Shown piece by piece: positions 19,977 through 30,062 of a stretch of 64,000 nucleotides of DNA. This DNA comes from a plasmid, in sequence record NZ_CP072340.1. One strand, 5' to 3'. Within the stretch, counting starts at the first letter, position 1; every line of letters begins with the position of its first letter. Under the pieces are notes generated by a model. That model saw nothing but the letters and a program-made list of their open reading frames with translations. It ran no database searches and was not told the DNA's origin. The position numbers and the translations under genes were made by a program.

Positions 19977-20957
19977 ATGAAAGAAGAAGATTTATCACGT
20001 ATCAAGCGATACCCCATCGTGGAGTATCTTGAAAGGAAAGGCATCAAACCTGTCCGCAAAACACCTACCTATGCCATGTACCGTTCACCGCTCAGGGAGG
20101 AAACGCATCCGAGTTTTAAGGTGGACACAGAGAAGAACCTTTGGATAGATTATGGTGAAGGTAGGGGCGGAAGTATCATCGACCTCTGTATGCGTATGGA
20201 GGGATGCACGCTATCGGAAGCCATCCGCCGTTTGGGACAGACCGCTTCCCTTGATGCAGCGTACGGTCTTTCAAAAGAGAAGTCAGACATCGGTACCAGT
20301 CCAGTCACGCCATGGCAGCCAAGTGGGGCAAGGAAACTGATAGAGGTATCAGACACCCTGCCTCCTCACTTAGAGACCTATCTTACCGATAAGCGCTGCA
20401 TCGACCTTAACAGGGCAAGGCTTTTCCTCAAATGTATCTGCTATGAGGTAAGGGGCAGGCACTACCAAGCCATCGGCTTTGCCAATCTCTCTGGCGGCTA
20501 TGAGCTTCGGGACGACAAGACGTTCAAGGGAACGATAGCCCCGAAAGACATTACTCCGATATTCACGGATAGAGCGGAGCCAGTATGTATCTTTGAAGGC
20601 TTCATGGACTTCCTCTCCTTCCTTTCGATGAAAGAAGAGATTACCAACCACTGCCTTGTGATGAACTCCGTGAGCAACGTGGCAAGGACTATCCGTTATT
20701 TGAATGACCGACACCTCACCCATATCCGTACCTTCCTTGACAATGATGAAGCAGGACGGAGGGCTGTTCAAGATTTCATAAAGGCAGGCTTCCATGTTGA
20801 GGACATGAACATACATTACAAAGACTTCAAGGATCTCAATGAATATCATGTCAGCTGTGTCCGTGAGCAGCAGAAACAGAAAGCGCAGGAACAGATACAC
20901 ATATCAATTACAGGACAAAACAAGAAATCAAAACAAGTTAAACTTAAAATGAAATAG
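19977..20957 (+). CDS. Toprim-domain DNA primase (degenerate CHC2 zinc-finger N-terminus)
   Basis: HPSFKVD...WIDYGEGRGGSIIDL primase finger-like region; Toprim E..DxD (FEGFMDF...FLDNDEAG). Confidence 0.65.
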   Translation: MKEEDLSRIKRYPIVEYLERKGIKPVRKTPTYAMYRSPLREETHPSFKVDTEKNLWIDYGEGRGGSIIDLCMRMEGCTLSEAIRRLGQTASLDAAYGLSKEKSDIGTSPVTPWQPSGARKLIEVSDTLPPHLETYLTDKRCIDLNRARLFLKCICYEVRGRHYQAIGFANLSGGYELRDDKTFKGTIAPKDITPIFTDRAEPVCIFEGFMDFLSFLSMKEEITNHCLVMNSVSNVARTIRYLNDRHLTHIRTFLDNDEAGRRAVQDFIKAGFHVEDMNIHYKDFKDLNEYHVSCVREQQKQKAQEQIHISITGQNKKSKQVKLKMK

Positions 20958-20959
20958 AA

Positions 20960-21400
20960 ATGGAAATGGAAAAGGAAACTATGATGAGCGACAAAGACCT
21001 TTCATGGTTCTTGGGTGTGGAAGATGAAACAGAGAACGAATCTACTTCACAAGAAGCGACTGCAGTTCCTGAAAGAGAAAGACCAACAAACAAGCAGGAC
21101 ACAGAGAATACCATGCACTCCGAGCCTGCACGGAATACTGAGAGTGCAACTGTTCAAAGACGTATCAGTGCCAAGATGAGAAAGAAAACACTCGAAGCCT
21201 ACAAGCAAGCCTATCTTGTGCCGACCAAGTTAAACAACCGTAAGGCAGTCTATCTGAGTAGGGAGACACAGGAGCGTGCCGACTTCATTGTGCGTAGGTT
21301 AGGCGACAGGGGCAGCAACCTTTCAAGCTTTGTGGAGAACATCGTTCGTCAGCATCTGGAGGAATATGGTGAAGACATAGAGAAATGGAGAAGACTGTAA
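20960..21400 (+). CDS. DUF3408-family mobilisation accessory protein
   Basis: 146 aa acidic N-terminus, basic C-terminus, position upstream of oriT/MobC. Confidence 0.45.
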   Translation: MEMEKETMMSDKDLSWFLGVEDETENESTSQEATAVPERERPTNKQDTENTMHSEPARNTESATVQRRISAKMRKKTLEAYKQAYLVPTKLNNRKAVYLSRETQERADFIVRRLGDRGSNLSSFVENIVRQHLEEYGEDIEKWRRL

Positions 21401-21404
21401 GCCG

Positions 21405-21700
21405 TAAGAAAAGGTAGACGGTTTTCTGGAAAAAGGTCTACCCTTTCTTCAAAATAGGTCTACCTTTTTTGCTAAAAGGGTCTACCCTTTCTTCTTCGGC
21501 TTAGTTCTCTGTGAGAATACCACGAATGCAGTTAGTCATAGAATGCACGGCATTCGTTTTTAGACTATAAAACGTTTTAAGCGTAAATGGTTTGTTTGGT
21601 AGCATTGCAAGACGTCAGTTTGTACCCACAAACTGCTCTTGCTCCCCTCGTTGGACTGTCGGGGAGATAAGACCGTAATCACTCCGTTCTCATCGGTCAG
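21405..21700. promoter_or_regulatory. Candidate oriT region: four GGTCTACC/GGTAGACC repeats followed by GC-rich inverted repeats
   Basis: AAAGGTAGACGG, AAAAAGGTCTACCCTTTCTTC, AAAATAGGTCTACCTTTTTT, AAAAGGGTCTACCCTTTCTTC (21411-21494); IRs GTTTGTACCCACAAAC and CTCCCC-N13-GGGGAG (21618-21667). Confidence 0.4.
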
Positions 21701-21759
21701 TGTTCGGGAATTAAGCAACAACGAATCATCTGGAATGATTAACTTTCAAGGAAACTTAT

Positions 21760-22191
21760 ATGAACAGATACAAAGGAAAAGCTGCCCGATGGCAGCAACG
21801 GGATAAGGAAGAACAGAGGATGAACAAGACAGAGTTCATCAAGGTAAGATGTACCTCAGAGGAAAAGCAACGTATTAAGTCAAAGGCAGAAAGTGCGGGA
21901 CGTAAGTTTTCCGATTACTGCCGTGAAATGCTCCTAAATGGAGAGGTGGCAGCCGTTCCCAAGATGACCGAAAATGAAAGGGAAGCCATTGCCATACTTC
22001 AGCATACAGGAAGGTTCTACGGGCAGGTTTCCAACCTCATCAAAGTAAAAGATGAGAGATGGGTACATATTACACAGAACCTTTCGCTATGTGCCAAAGA
22101 GGCATTTAAGCGATTTTACGACCCCCATTTTCATGTGAACGATGAGATATATAAGGTCTTAAATATGAGAAGAGATGATAGGAAAATGTAA
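21760..22191 (+). CDS. mobC: Mobilisation relaxosome accessory protein MobC-like
   Basis: 143 aa basic protein, overlaps relaxase start. Confidence 0.55.
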   Translation: MNRYKGKAARWQQRDKEEQRMNKTEFIKVRCTSEEKQRIKSKAESAGRKFSDYCREMLLNGEVAAVPKMTENEREAIAILQHTGRFYGQVSNLIKVKDERWVHITQNLSLCAKEAFKRFYDPHFHVNDEIYKVLNMRRDDRKM

Positions 22192-23233
22192 GGCGATAGC
22201 GCACGGCAGTACGGCTCTGGACTATATTTTCAGAGAGGGCAAGCTCGGCTATCGGCTTGCCTTTCACAATCTTTGCAGCAGGGAGCCAAAAACAATCTAT
22301 GAGGAAATGAAAGTGGTCAACGAGTATAACAGCCGTTGCAGGAACAAGTTTCTCCGTATCGAAATAGGCATTGCACCGCAGGACGAGAAAAAGCTGCCTG
22401 TGTCTGAACTTATGAGGATAGCCCATCTGTTTGCCAAGCGAATGGGACTTGACAACCACCAATGGGTGGCAGTAACGCACAAGGACACCGACAACAGACA
22501 CATTCACATTGTTGCCAACCGCATCAGTCTGTACGGAGAGGTCTATGACACTACTTTTGTGAGCAATAGGGCAGCAAAAGTGGCGGAGGAAATAAGCAGA
22601 GAGAAAGGCTTGACCATCGCAAAGGAGGTCAAGGCGGAAAGGAAATACCAAAAGGAAAAAGTCAGCCAGACGCGAGAGCAAGCAAAGAAAGTGGTGCAAC
22701 AAATCTGTTATTCCCTGCTTGACAAATACAAAGGAACAGGCGTTACAGGGCATTCTATGTTCCTTTATGAATTGAACAAAAACGGCATTATTATAGAGCG
22801 TATGAAGAACAAGCAAGGTAATGTCTATGGTTTAAAGTTCTCATACGCAGGGCAATCCTTCAAGGCTTCCGAAATCGGCAGGGAATTCGGCTACCGTTCC
22901 TTGCAGAAAAGCTTTGAACCAACCAACAGGGAAGAATCAAGGAAATTACATCAAACAGTACAAAAATCAAGAGAAAAGAACGAACTGCCTGATACAGGTT
23001 ATGAGCTTGTACCCAAGAGCCGTTCCTCTATCTCACGAGACAATGACACGCCACAAGTGCAGAACTCCATTGGTGCAGTGGATACGATCGTTAGCGTAGC
23101 CGATGAAGTAGTGGAAGGGTTAGGCGATTTGATTACACCAACCGCACAAGGCGACGACTATGCTGAAGCAGCATGGCAGCGTAAACTCAGAAACCAAGCC
23201 AACAGAAAGAAGAAGCGCAAACGAGGATTATAG
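22175..23233 (+). CDS. Relaxase/mobilisation nuclease (MobA/VirD2 family)
   Basis: HKDTDNRHIHIVANRI histidine-triad motif; N-terminal catalytic region. Confidence 0.75.
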   Translation: MIGKCKAIAHGSTALDYIFREGKLGYRLAFHNLCSREPKTIYEEMKVVNEYNSRCRNKFLRIEIGIAPQDEKKLPVSELMRIAHLFAKRMGLDNHQWVAVTHKDTDNRHIHIVANRISLYGEVYDTTFVSNRAAKVAEEISREKGLTIAKEVKAERKYQKEKVSQTREQAKKVVQQICYSLLDKYKGTGVTGHSMFLYELNKNGIIIERMKNKQGNVYGLKFSYAGQSFKASEIGREFGYRSLQKSFEPTNREESRKLHQTVQKSREKNELPDTGYELVPKSRSSISRDNDTPQVQNSIGAVDTIVSVADEVVEGLGDLITPTAQGDDYAEAAWQRKLRNQANRKKKRKRGL

Positions 23234-23284
23234 TCCAATCACAAATCGCATTATAAAAGTGCAGAAAGAAGAATATCTCATTAA

Positions 23285-23340
23285 AAACGCTTGTTATTCG
23301 CCAGTAAAGTATTATCTTTGCAAACAGAATAACAAGCGTT
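23285..23340 (+). promoter_or_regulatory. 14-bp perfect inverted repeat (AACGCTTGTTATTC / GAATAACAAGCGTT) bracketing a TATCTTTG promoter box
   Basis: IR arms 23286-23299 and 23327-23340; TAnnTTTG at 23313-23320. Confidence 0.35.
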
Positions 23341-23598
23341 CTTTGTTAGGCAGAAAACAGCGAAGCCAAGTAGCTCGCTCGTTTCCAAATCGTTACCAGT
23401 TTAGTTGCATTAATAATGTAACTTATTTATTTTCAATTAGATACACTTTAATAAATATCTTGAAACGTAAAATACGGAGGTTTATAACATGCTGACGGGT
23501 AGACAGTTAGCAAATGGCGACTGAAACGGAAAAAGATGGCAGTTGTTCGCCTTCCTCATGGCTAATGAAGCAGGTTATAAGAATAGGACATTGCAACG

Positions 23599-24990
23599 TT
23601 AAGATTGCAGGAAACGAATGTGCAAAGCCATGGCAGTAGTATTACAAATACGGTATGTTTCGCTGGAACGACGCCCTACTACCCACATAATTTCGCCGTT
23701 TCCATCGACTAAAACAAGTTGTCGCCGTTTGCTGACCGCATCTACTTTCAGGTCTGTAAGATAGTCGCTGACAAGTTTCGAACCCCTCATTCCGAAAGGG
23801 TGGAAGCGGTCTGCCACCTCAACACGGCGCAAGGTAAGTGGGAAATGCACTGCTGCCTTGTCTACAACTATGTGGTTTGTATCTGTCGGTATAACGAAAT
23901 TGCTATCTACAACTTCTTCCTTTATCTCTATCTTGCATTGTTCCGAGTAGATATATCTACCCGTTTCGGGCAGTCGCAGCGGCTTCGGTGCGTTCTCTTC
24001 GTGCCGTAACAAGAGCATCATCTTTCTGTCGAACAAAAGCGTATAACTACCTGTCATGTATTCTTTTCCGCTATCTGAAGATAGGGAAGATGTTATACCC
24101 CTGACTTGCGAAGAGGTAAATCCGTAGGGAGCGAGCAGAAAAAAGAGGAAATATTCGGGCGAGACGTATTCCCTTAGGGCAGCAATGTTGATGCGAAGGT
24201 TGGGCAATGCCTGTTTCGGCTTTCCTTTCATGAGTTGCAGGAACAAGGTGCCGGCATCTCCTTTCTCTGTCGAAACAATGTTTGGAAAGGCGTTTTCTAT
24301 CGATGAAATGATTATTTTTTCCGCTTCGTCAAGGTCTTCCGACATCTTCATAACCGTTTCATCGAACGAGGGATTAAGCTCTCTTAGCTTTGGAACAACC
24401 TCTAATCGGAGTTTGTTTCGCTTTATGTCGGCAACAAGATTGCTGCCATCGGTTACAAAAACTTGTTTTTTCGTGGTTAAATAAGCCTCTATCTCCGCCT
24501 TGGAACAACAGAGTAACGGTCGGATAATGTTGCCGTTAATAGGTTGAATGCCCATCAATCCACGTAGTCCGGTGCCTCTGACAAGATTTAAGAGGACGGT
24601 TTCAACCGAATCGTCTCGGTGGTGGGCAATGCAAATGGCATCGGCATCAATGTCGTGTCGCAGGGCTTCAAAATAGTTATAGCGCAACGTACGTGCAGCC
24701 ATTTCTATGCTTACTTTATGCAGTTCGGCATATTCTGCTGTATCAAAGTGAATTAAGTGTAGTTCTATATTGTTCTCCTTACACAGTTTTATGCAGAAAT
24801 CTTCGTCTCGTTGGCTCTCTTCTCCACGCAGAAGGAAGTTGCAATGTGCTGCTTCAACGTAGTAGCCTAACTCCTTTAGTATCAGTAACAGAGCCACACT
24901 GTCGGCTCCTCCCGACAGTCCAACGATGTATCGGCCATCTAACGGGAGCAGTTTGTGGGTGTCGATGAATGTCTTTACCTTATTCAACAT
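23599..24990 (-). CDS. tilS: tRNA(Ile)-lysidine synthetase
   Basis: SGGADS PP-loop motif, 463 aa. Confidence 0.85.
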   Translation of the reverse strand: MLNKVKTFIDTHKLLPLDGRYIVGLSGGADSVALLLILKELGYYVEAAHCNFLLRGEESQRDEDFCIKLCKENNIELHLIHFDTAEYAELHKVSIEMAARTLRYNYFEALRHDIDADAICIAHHRDDSVETVLLNLVRGTGLRGLMGIQPINGNIIRPLLCCSKAEIEAYLTTKKQVFVTDGSNLVADIKRNKLRLEVVPKLRELNPSFDETVMKMSEDLDEAEKIIISSIENAFPNIVSTEKGDAGTLFLQLMKGKPKQALPNLRINIAALREYVSPEYFLFFLLAPYGFTSSQVRGITSSLSSDSGKEYMTGSYTLLFDRKMMLLLRHEENAPKPLRLPETGRYIYSEQCKIEIKEEVVDSNFVIPTDTNHIVVDKAAVHFPLTLRRVEVADRFHPFGMRGSKLVSDYLTDLKVDAVSKRRQLVLVDGNGEIMWVVGRRSSETYRICNTTAMALHIRFLQS

Positions 24991-26191
24991 AGAGCACTAA
25001 TCCCTTCAGATACTCTCCTTCGAGGTGGTAAATATTGATTGGGTGGTCGGCTGGCTGGTGTATCTGGTGTAGTATTCTAACCTTTCTACCAGTCTGTGCA
25101 GCAGCCGTAAACACTGCTTGGCGAAAGTTTTCCTTTGTAACAACCTGCGAACAGCTGAATGTAAACAGTATGCCACCTTTCTTAATGCGTTCAAATCCTT
25201 TCACGTTCAGGCGGGTATAACCACGCAGTCCGTTCTTCAGAGCACTGCGATGCTTGGCAAATGCTGGTGGGTCGAGCACTATAAGGTCGTATTTCCCATC
25301 ATTGTTGTCGAGGTATTTAAAGGCATCTTCGCAGATGGCTTCGTGTCTGTTGTCGCCCGGAAAGTTAAGTTCTATGTTCGCATTGGTTAGTTCCACCGCC
25401 TTTGCAGAGCTGTCTACAGAGTGCACAAGCTTTGCTCCGCCCCGCATGGCATACACCGAAAAGCCGCCCGTATAGCAGAACATGTTCAGCACCGAGCGTC
25501 CTTTTGCATAATGTTCCAGCAAGCTACGGTTTTCGCGTTGGTCTATAAAGAAACCCGTTTTCTGTCCTTTTAGCCAGTCGATATGGAATTTTAGTCCGTT
25601 CTCAATGGCTATGTCGTTGTCGGTATTGCCGTAAATAAATCCATTTTCTTGTCCTAATTCAGCCTTGAAGGGCAGCGTAGTCTCGCTCTTGTAATATATG
25701 CTGTCCACCTTTTCGCCCATAACGGCACGCAATGCAGCCGCTATCTCGTAGCGAGCGACGTGCATTCCCACCGAATGAGCCTGCATGACGCACGTTGTTC
25801 CATAGACATCGACTATCAGTCCGGGCAGATTGTCGCCCTCGCCATGTACCAGACGATAAGTGGTATTGACGGTTTCGCCTGTGGCAGCAGCCATGTTTTC
25901 AGCCGGTCGAATGACACCAATGGCTTCCCTGACAGCCATCGCTGCCTTTAGACGGGCTTGCCAGAAGTGAGCGTCGATGGGCACATCGCGAAACGAAAGT
26001 ATGCGAACGGTGATGGAACCAATCTGGAAATGCCCCACTCCCATGAAGTTTCCGTCTCTCGTGTAGACCTTTACAAGGTCGCCTTCCTGCAATGTTTCGT
26101 CCTTCTCGAGTATTGCACCGGAGAATATCCACGGGTGCCGGCGCAGCAAACTTTCCTCTTTCCCTTTCTTTAAAACTATCTTCTTATACAT
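24980..26191 (-). CDS. rlmI: Class I SAM-dependent rRNA (cytosine-C5) methyltransferase, RlmI-like
   Basis: N-terminal PUA-like region, SAM-binding FCYTGGFS / DPPAF motifs. Confidence 0.7.
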   Translation of the reverse strand: MYKKIVLKKGKEESLLRRHPWIFSGAILEKDETLQEGDLVKVYTRDGNFMGVGHFQIGSITVRILSFRDVPIDAHFWQARLKAAMAVREAIGVIRPAENMAAATGETVNTTYRLVHGEGDNLPGLIVDVYGTTCVMQAHSVGMHVARYEIAAALRAVMGEKVDSIYYKSETTLPFKAELGQENGFIYGNTDNDIAIENGLKFHIDWLKGQKTGFFIDQRENRSLLEHYAKGRSVLNMFCYTGGFSVYAMRGGAKLVHSVDSSAKAVELTNANIELNFPGDNRHEAICEDAFKYLDNNDGKYDLIVLDPPAFAKHRSALKNGLRGYTRLNVKGFERIKKGGILFTFSCSQVVTKENFRQAVFTAAAQTGRKVRILHQIHQPADHPINIYHLEGEYLKGLVLYVE

Positions 26192-26193
26192 TG

Positions 26194-26877
26194 TTAATCG
26201 TTCTTTTGCGTGTCATTAACATCGGTTTCATCGATATTTTTGGTGGTTTTTAGTTTTGGCTGGGGCACTATCACGGTTTCGTAATTATGTGTTTTATGAA
26301 GTTCCTGCAGGCGTTCGTAGATTTGAATGCACGTCCATGCGTCGGTGGCAGCATATATTTTCTGCTGCTCCGTCAGTATGGGTGCCTCCCAATTGGATAA
26401 TTGTTGCCGTTTCGTAATGCGCTCATGGAAAAGGTTTGCATACAGTTTCTGCAAGCTAAGGTCTTCTATTCCGAACTCGCTAACCATGTTCTGAAGGTCT
26501 ATGAACCGCCCAATCTTAAAATCTCTACGTTGGTGCAACATCATAAAATCGTCGTGTAAAGAAAGTCCAACCTTCAGTATTGTAGTGTCTTCAAGTAGCC
26601 TGACGATGCACGAGGGCATACCTATTAAGTTCAAACGGAAAAGAAAACACACGTCCTTGGTGCTCACTTGCAACAGTGCAACCTTATGATGTTGTCCCTT
26701 TTTGAATACCGGGCGTGTTTCAGAATCGATACCAAGAATATCCGCCGACAGCAGGAAATCGACAGCTTTCTGGGCTTCAGACTCGGTAAGAACCACTACT
26801 ATTTTGCCTGGAAATGTTACCCTGGGCAAGTCGGAGATACTCTTTTTATCGAACTTATTGTATAATTTAGTAATCAT
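26194..26877 (-). CDS. 3'-5' exonuclease (RNase D/WRN-like DEDD domain)
   Basis: ILGIDSETRP and YAATDAWTC exonuclease motifs. Confidence 0.6.
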   Translation of the reverse strand: MITKLYNKFDKKSISDLPRVTFPGKIVVVLTESEAQKAVDFLLSADILGIDSETRPVFKKGQHHKVALLQVSTKDVCFLFRLNLIGMPSCIVRLLEDTTILKVGLSLHDDFMMLHQRRDFKIGRFIDLQNMVSEFGIEDLSLQKLYANLFHERITKRQQLSNWEAPILTEQQKIYAATDAWTCIQIYERLQELHKTHNYETVIVPQPKLKTTKNIDETDVNDTQKND

Positions 26878-26949
26878 AATGTACTGTTTCGTTTTGCAAA
26901 TTTAGCAAAATCTTCTGAAAATATGCCCGATTATATGGCATTTTTTTAG

Positions 26950-26957
26950 TACTTTTG
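26950..26957 (+). promoter_or_regulatory. -7 promoter box TACTTTTG upstream of ftsK
   Basis: TAnnTTTG 23 nt upstream of ATG. Confidence 0.35.
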
Positions 26958-26979
26958 CATTTGGTTTAAACATTCAATA

Positions 26980-29427
26980 ATGGCGAAAAAGAAAAGGGAG
27001 AAGACTCCAAAGACATTCAGTGAGGCTATTGGTGCGCATTATATCATAAACGACAAGACTGGCTTTGTATTGGGAATTGTTCTGATTTGTCTTGCTTTAT
27101 ATATATTGGTGGCCTTCATCAGTTACTTTTCTACGGGCGAAGCCGACCAGAGTCTGGTTACGGCACTGCGTCCGGGGGAAATAGAAAATACTGCGAAGGT
27201 GTTTCAGAACAGCTGTGGCTCTGTGGGAGCACTGCTCTCTTACTTTCTGATATCGCGCTGCTTTGGTATCCCTGCCTTCATTATTCCACTCTATATCATA
27301 CTCTGTGGCGTGAAAATGATAAAGGCTTACGAGAAGATAAACCTATGGAAGTGGTTCTTTGGAATGGCTTTGGTAATGGTGTGGAGTTCCATTACGTTTG
27401 CAAAGTTCCTTACTCCGCTGATGAGTGAGAACATTTTTAACCCCGGCGGAGACCATGGCAGGTTTGTTGTAGAGTACATTGAGAACATCATAGGGGCACC
27501 GGGACTGCTCGCCGTACTTGCCATTACAATGATAGCATTCCTTACTTACCTCACTTCAGAGACCATTACGGTTATCAAGAAGTTGCTCAATCCGGTGGGA
27601 TACATACGCAACAAGGTGAAATTCACGATTGTCCGGCATAATTTTGAAAAGGATAAAATAGGTGAAAGCACCCACGAAATGGAGGAGGAAGCAGTAGAAA
27701 AGCTGCAGAATGCAGAGTCCCAGACGGTGGAATTTCTTGACGATGACCTGCCAAATACCATGATAAAGCCTAACGCTAAGGATAAAACCACGGCGAAAGA
27801 GAACGATGAAGAGACTGCTGCCCATGGCGAAATAGGAATGAAAGTTAATGTCCCTGTCGGGTTAGAAAAGGCACAAGGCAAGGTGGTGGCAGGTACGACA
27901 GACCTTACAACACCTATTAATCCGCACGAACCTTTCCCCAATTGGAAGTATCCAACCCTTAATTTGCTTAAGCAATACGACTCTGACAACAGCGTAAACT
28001 TTGTAGACAAGGAGGAGCTGGAGGCTAATAAGAACCGCATTATAAAGGTTCTCAGCGACTTTGGCGTGCAAATTCGCAGCATTCGCGCAACGGTTGGACC
28101 AACCATTACCCTCTACGAAATAACACCGGCGCAGGGTGTCCGCATTTCGAAAATCAAGAATTTGGAAGACGATATAGCACTTAGCTTGGCTGCAATAGGT
28201 ATTCGTATCATTGCACCAATGCCCGGCAAGGGCACCATAGGTATCGAAGTGCCAAATGCCAAGCCCTCCATCGTGTCCATGTTCTCTATTCTTAACTCGC
28301 GAAAGTTCCAGGAAAGCACAATGGAACTGCCTGTTGCGTTAGGCAAGACCATTACGAACGATGTGTATATGGTAGACTTGGCAAAGATACCACACCTGCT
28401 TGTAGCGGGTGCAACAGGGCAAGGTAAGTCGGTAGGACTTAACGCTATCATCACATCTTTACTATATAAGAAACACCCAAACGACCTTAAGATAGTGCTG
28501 GTAGACCCTAAGAAGGTTGAGTTCAGCATATATTCGCCCATCGCCAAGCCTTTCATGGCTGCGGTAGAAGAGAACGAAGACGAGCCGATTATAACCGACG
28601 TGCAGAAGGTAGTAAAGACTTTGAAGGGTCTTTGTGTGCTTATGGACAATCGGTACGACATGTTGAAGGCTGCAGGAGCGCGCAATATAAAAGAGTATAA
28701 CAAGAAGTTCCTTAACCATCAGCTTAGTCCTGAGGAAGGACACGAGTTCATGCCGTACATCGTTGTCATCATTGATGAGTTCGGAGACCTTATCCTTACG
28801 GCTGGAAAAGAAATTGAAATGCCTATCACCCGTATTGCCCAGCTGGCGCGTGCGGTAGGCATTCACATGATTATAGCAACACAACGCCCAACTACTTCCA
28901 TCATAACGGGTAACATAAAAGCCAACTTCCCCGGTCGTATCGCGTTCCGTGTGGGTGCCATGATGGATTCTCGTATCATTTTAGACAGACCCGGAGCCCA
29001 ACAACTTGTGGGACGCGGAGACATGCTTTACCTCAATGGAGGAGAGCCAACACGTGTGCAATGTGCTTTCGTAGACACTCCGGAGGTGGAAGATATATCC
29101 AAGTTCATCGCCACACAGCCCGGTCCGGTAGAGCCATTGCTCATTCCTGAGCCTGCAACAGATGAAGGAGGAGTTGCCGGTGGTAGTCTTGACGAGAACT
29201 TAGACCCACTGTTCGAAGATGCAGCAAGGGTCATAGTGCTGAATCAACAAGGCTCTACAAGCATGATACAACGCCGCTTCTCCATTGGTTACAACCGTGC
29301 TGGACGACTAATGGACCAGATGGAGAAAGCCGGCATTGTGGGAGTAGCACAAGGCTCAAAGCCTCGCGAGGTGCTCATTGGCGACGAAATGGGACTCGAA
29401 TCGTTGCTTTCAACACTGCATAGATAA
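26980..29427 (+). CDS. ftsK: DNA translocase FtsK
   Basis: N-terminal TM domain, Walker A GATGQGKS, Walker B VVIIDE, gamma domain. Confidence 0.9.
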   Translation: MAKKKREKTPKTFSEAIGAHYIINDKTGFVLGIVLICLALYILVAFISYFSTGEADQSLVTALRPGEIENTAKVFQNSCGSVGALLSYFLISRCFGIPAFIIPLYIILCGVKMIKAYEKINLWKWFFGMALVMVWSSITFAKFLTPLMSENIFNPGGDHGRFVVEYIENIIGAPGLLAVLAITMIAFLTYLTSETITVIKKLLNPVGYIRNKVKFTIVRHNFEKDKIGESTHEMEEEAVEKLQNAESQTVEFLDDDLPNTMIKPNAKDKTTAKENDEETAAHGEIGMKVNVPVGLEKAQGKVVAGTTDLTTPINPHEPFPNWKYPTLNLLKQYDSDNSVNFVDKEELEANKNRIIKVLSDFGVQIRSIRATVGPTITLYEITPAQGVRISKIKNLEDDIALSLAAIGIRIIAPMPGKGTIGIEVPNAKPSIVSMFSILNSRKFQESTMELPVALGKTITNDVYMVDLAKIPHLLVAGATGQGKSVGLNAIITSLLYKKHPNDLKIVLVDPKKVEFSIYSPIAKPFMAAVEENEDEPIITDVQKVVKTLKGLCVLMDNRYDMLKAAGARNIKEYNKKFLNHQLSPEEGHEFMPYIVVIIDEFGDLILTAGKEIEMPITRIAQLARAVGIHMIIATQRPTTSIITGNIKANFPGRIAFRVGAMMDSRIILDRPGAQQLVGRGDMLYLNGGEPTRVQCAFVDTPEVEDISKFIATQPGPVEPLLIPEPATDEGGVAGGSLDENLDPLFEDAARVIVLNQQGSTSMIQRRFSIGYNRAGRLMDQMEKAGIVGVAQGSKPREVLIGDEMGLESLLSTLHR

Positions 29428-29450
29428 GCAAAGAAGAAGTTTTTAACACA

Positions 29451-30062
29451 ATGAAAATACAACGTAACATTTTATTTGCATTGGCATTTATGCTTAGTGT
29501 CAATGCTTTCAGTCAAAGTTCTGCAGATGCAAAGAAGGTTTTAGACAAGGCGGCAGCAGTTGTTGGACGACGTGGAGGAGCCGCTGCCAACTTCTCGATT
29601 ACTGGAGGAGAGGTAGGCAGAACATCGGGTAGCATCATTATAAAAGGTAATAAGTTTAAAGCCATTACACCCGAAACCACCATCTGGTTCGATGGTAAGA
29701 CACAGTGGGCGTATATGAAAAGCACCAACGAAGTGAATGTTTCGACACCCAGCGAGGCCAAGCGTCTTTCCATGAACCCCTATGCTTTCATTACAATGTA
29801 CAAGAATGGCTACCACATGTCCATGAAAACGACTGCCGCAGCATACATTGTCCACTTGCAAGCCATACACCCGGCACGCAGCATGCAAGAGTTTTACGTT
29901 ACCATTTCAAAGACTTTCTATCCACAACAGATAAAGATGTTGCAAGGCAAAAAGTGGGTAACGATTAACATTAGCAGCTTCCGTGCTGCCTCGCACCCCA
30001 ATTCTTATTTCCGGTTCAGGCATTCCGATGCTCCTTCGGCAGAGGTTGTCGACTTGCGATAG
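29451..30062 (+). CDS. lolA: LolA-like outer-membrane lipoprotein carrier protein
   Basis: Signal peptide, 203 aa, conserved ftsK-lolA synteny. Confidence 0.6.
   Translation: MKIQRNILFALAFMLSVNAFSQSSADAKKVLDKAAAVVGRRGGAAANFSITGGEVGRTSGSIIIKGNKFKAITPETTIWFDGKTQWAYMKSTNEVNVSTPSEAKRLSMNPYAFITMYKNGYHMSMKTTAAAYIVHLQAIHPARSMQEFYVTISKTFYPQQIKMLQGKKWVTINISSFRAASHPNSYFRFRHSDAPSAEVVDLR

Noticed and set aside
27546-28884. Several 69-196-aa antisense ORFs inside ftsK
   Set aside because: Fully embedded antisense to a highly conserved gene; typical shadow ORFs.
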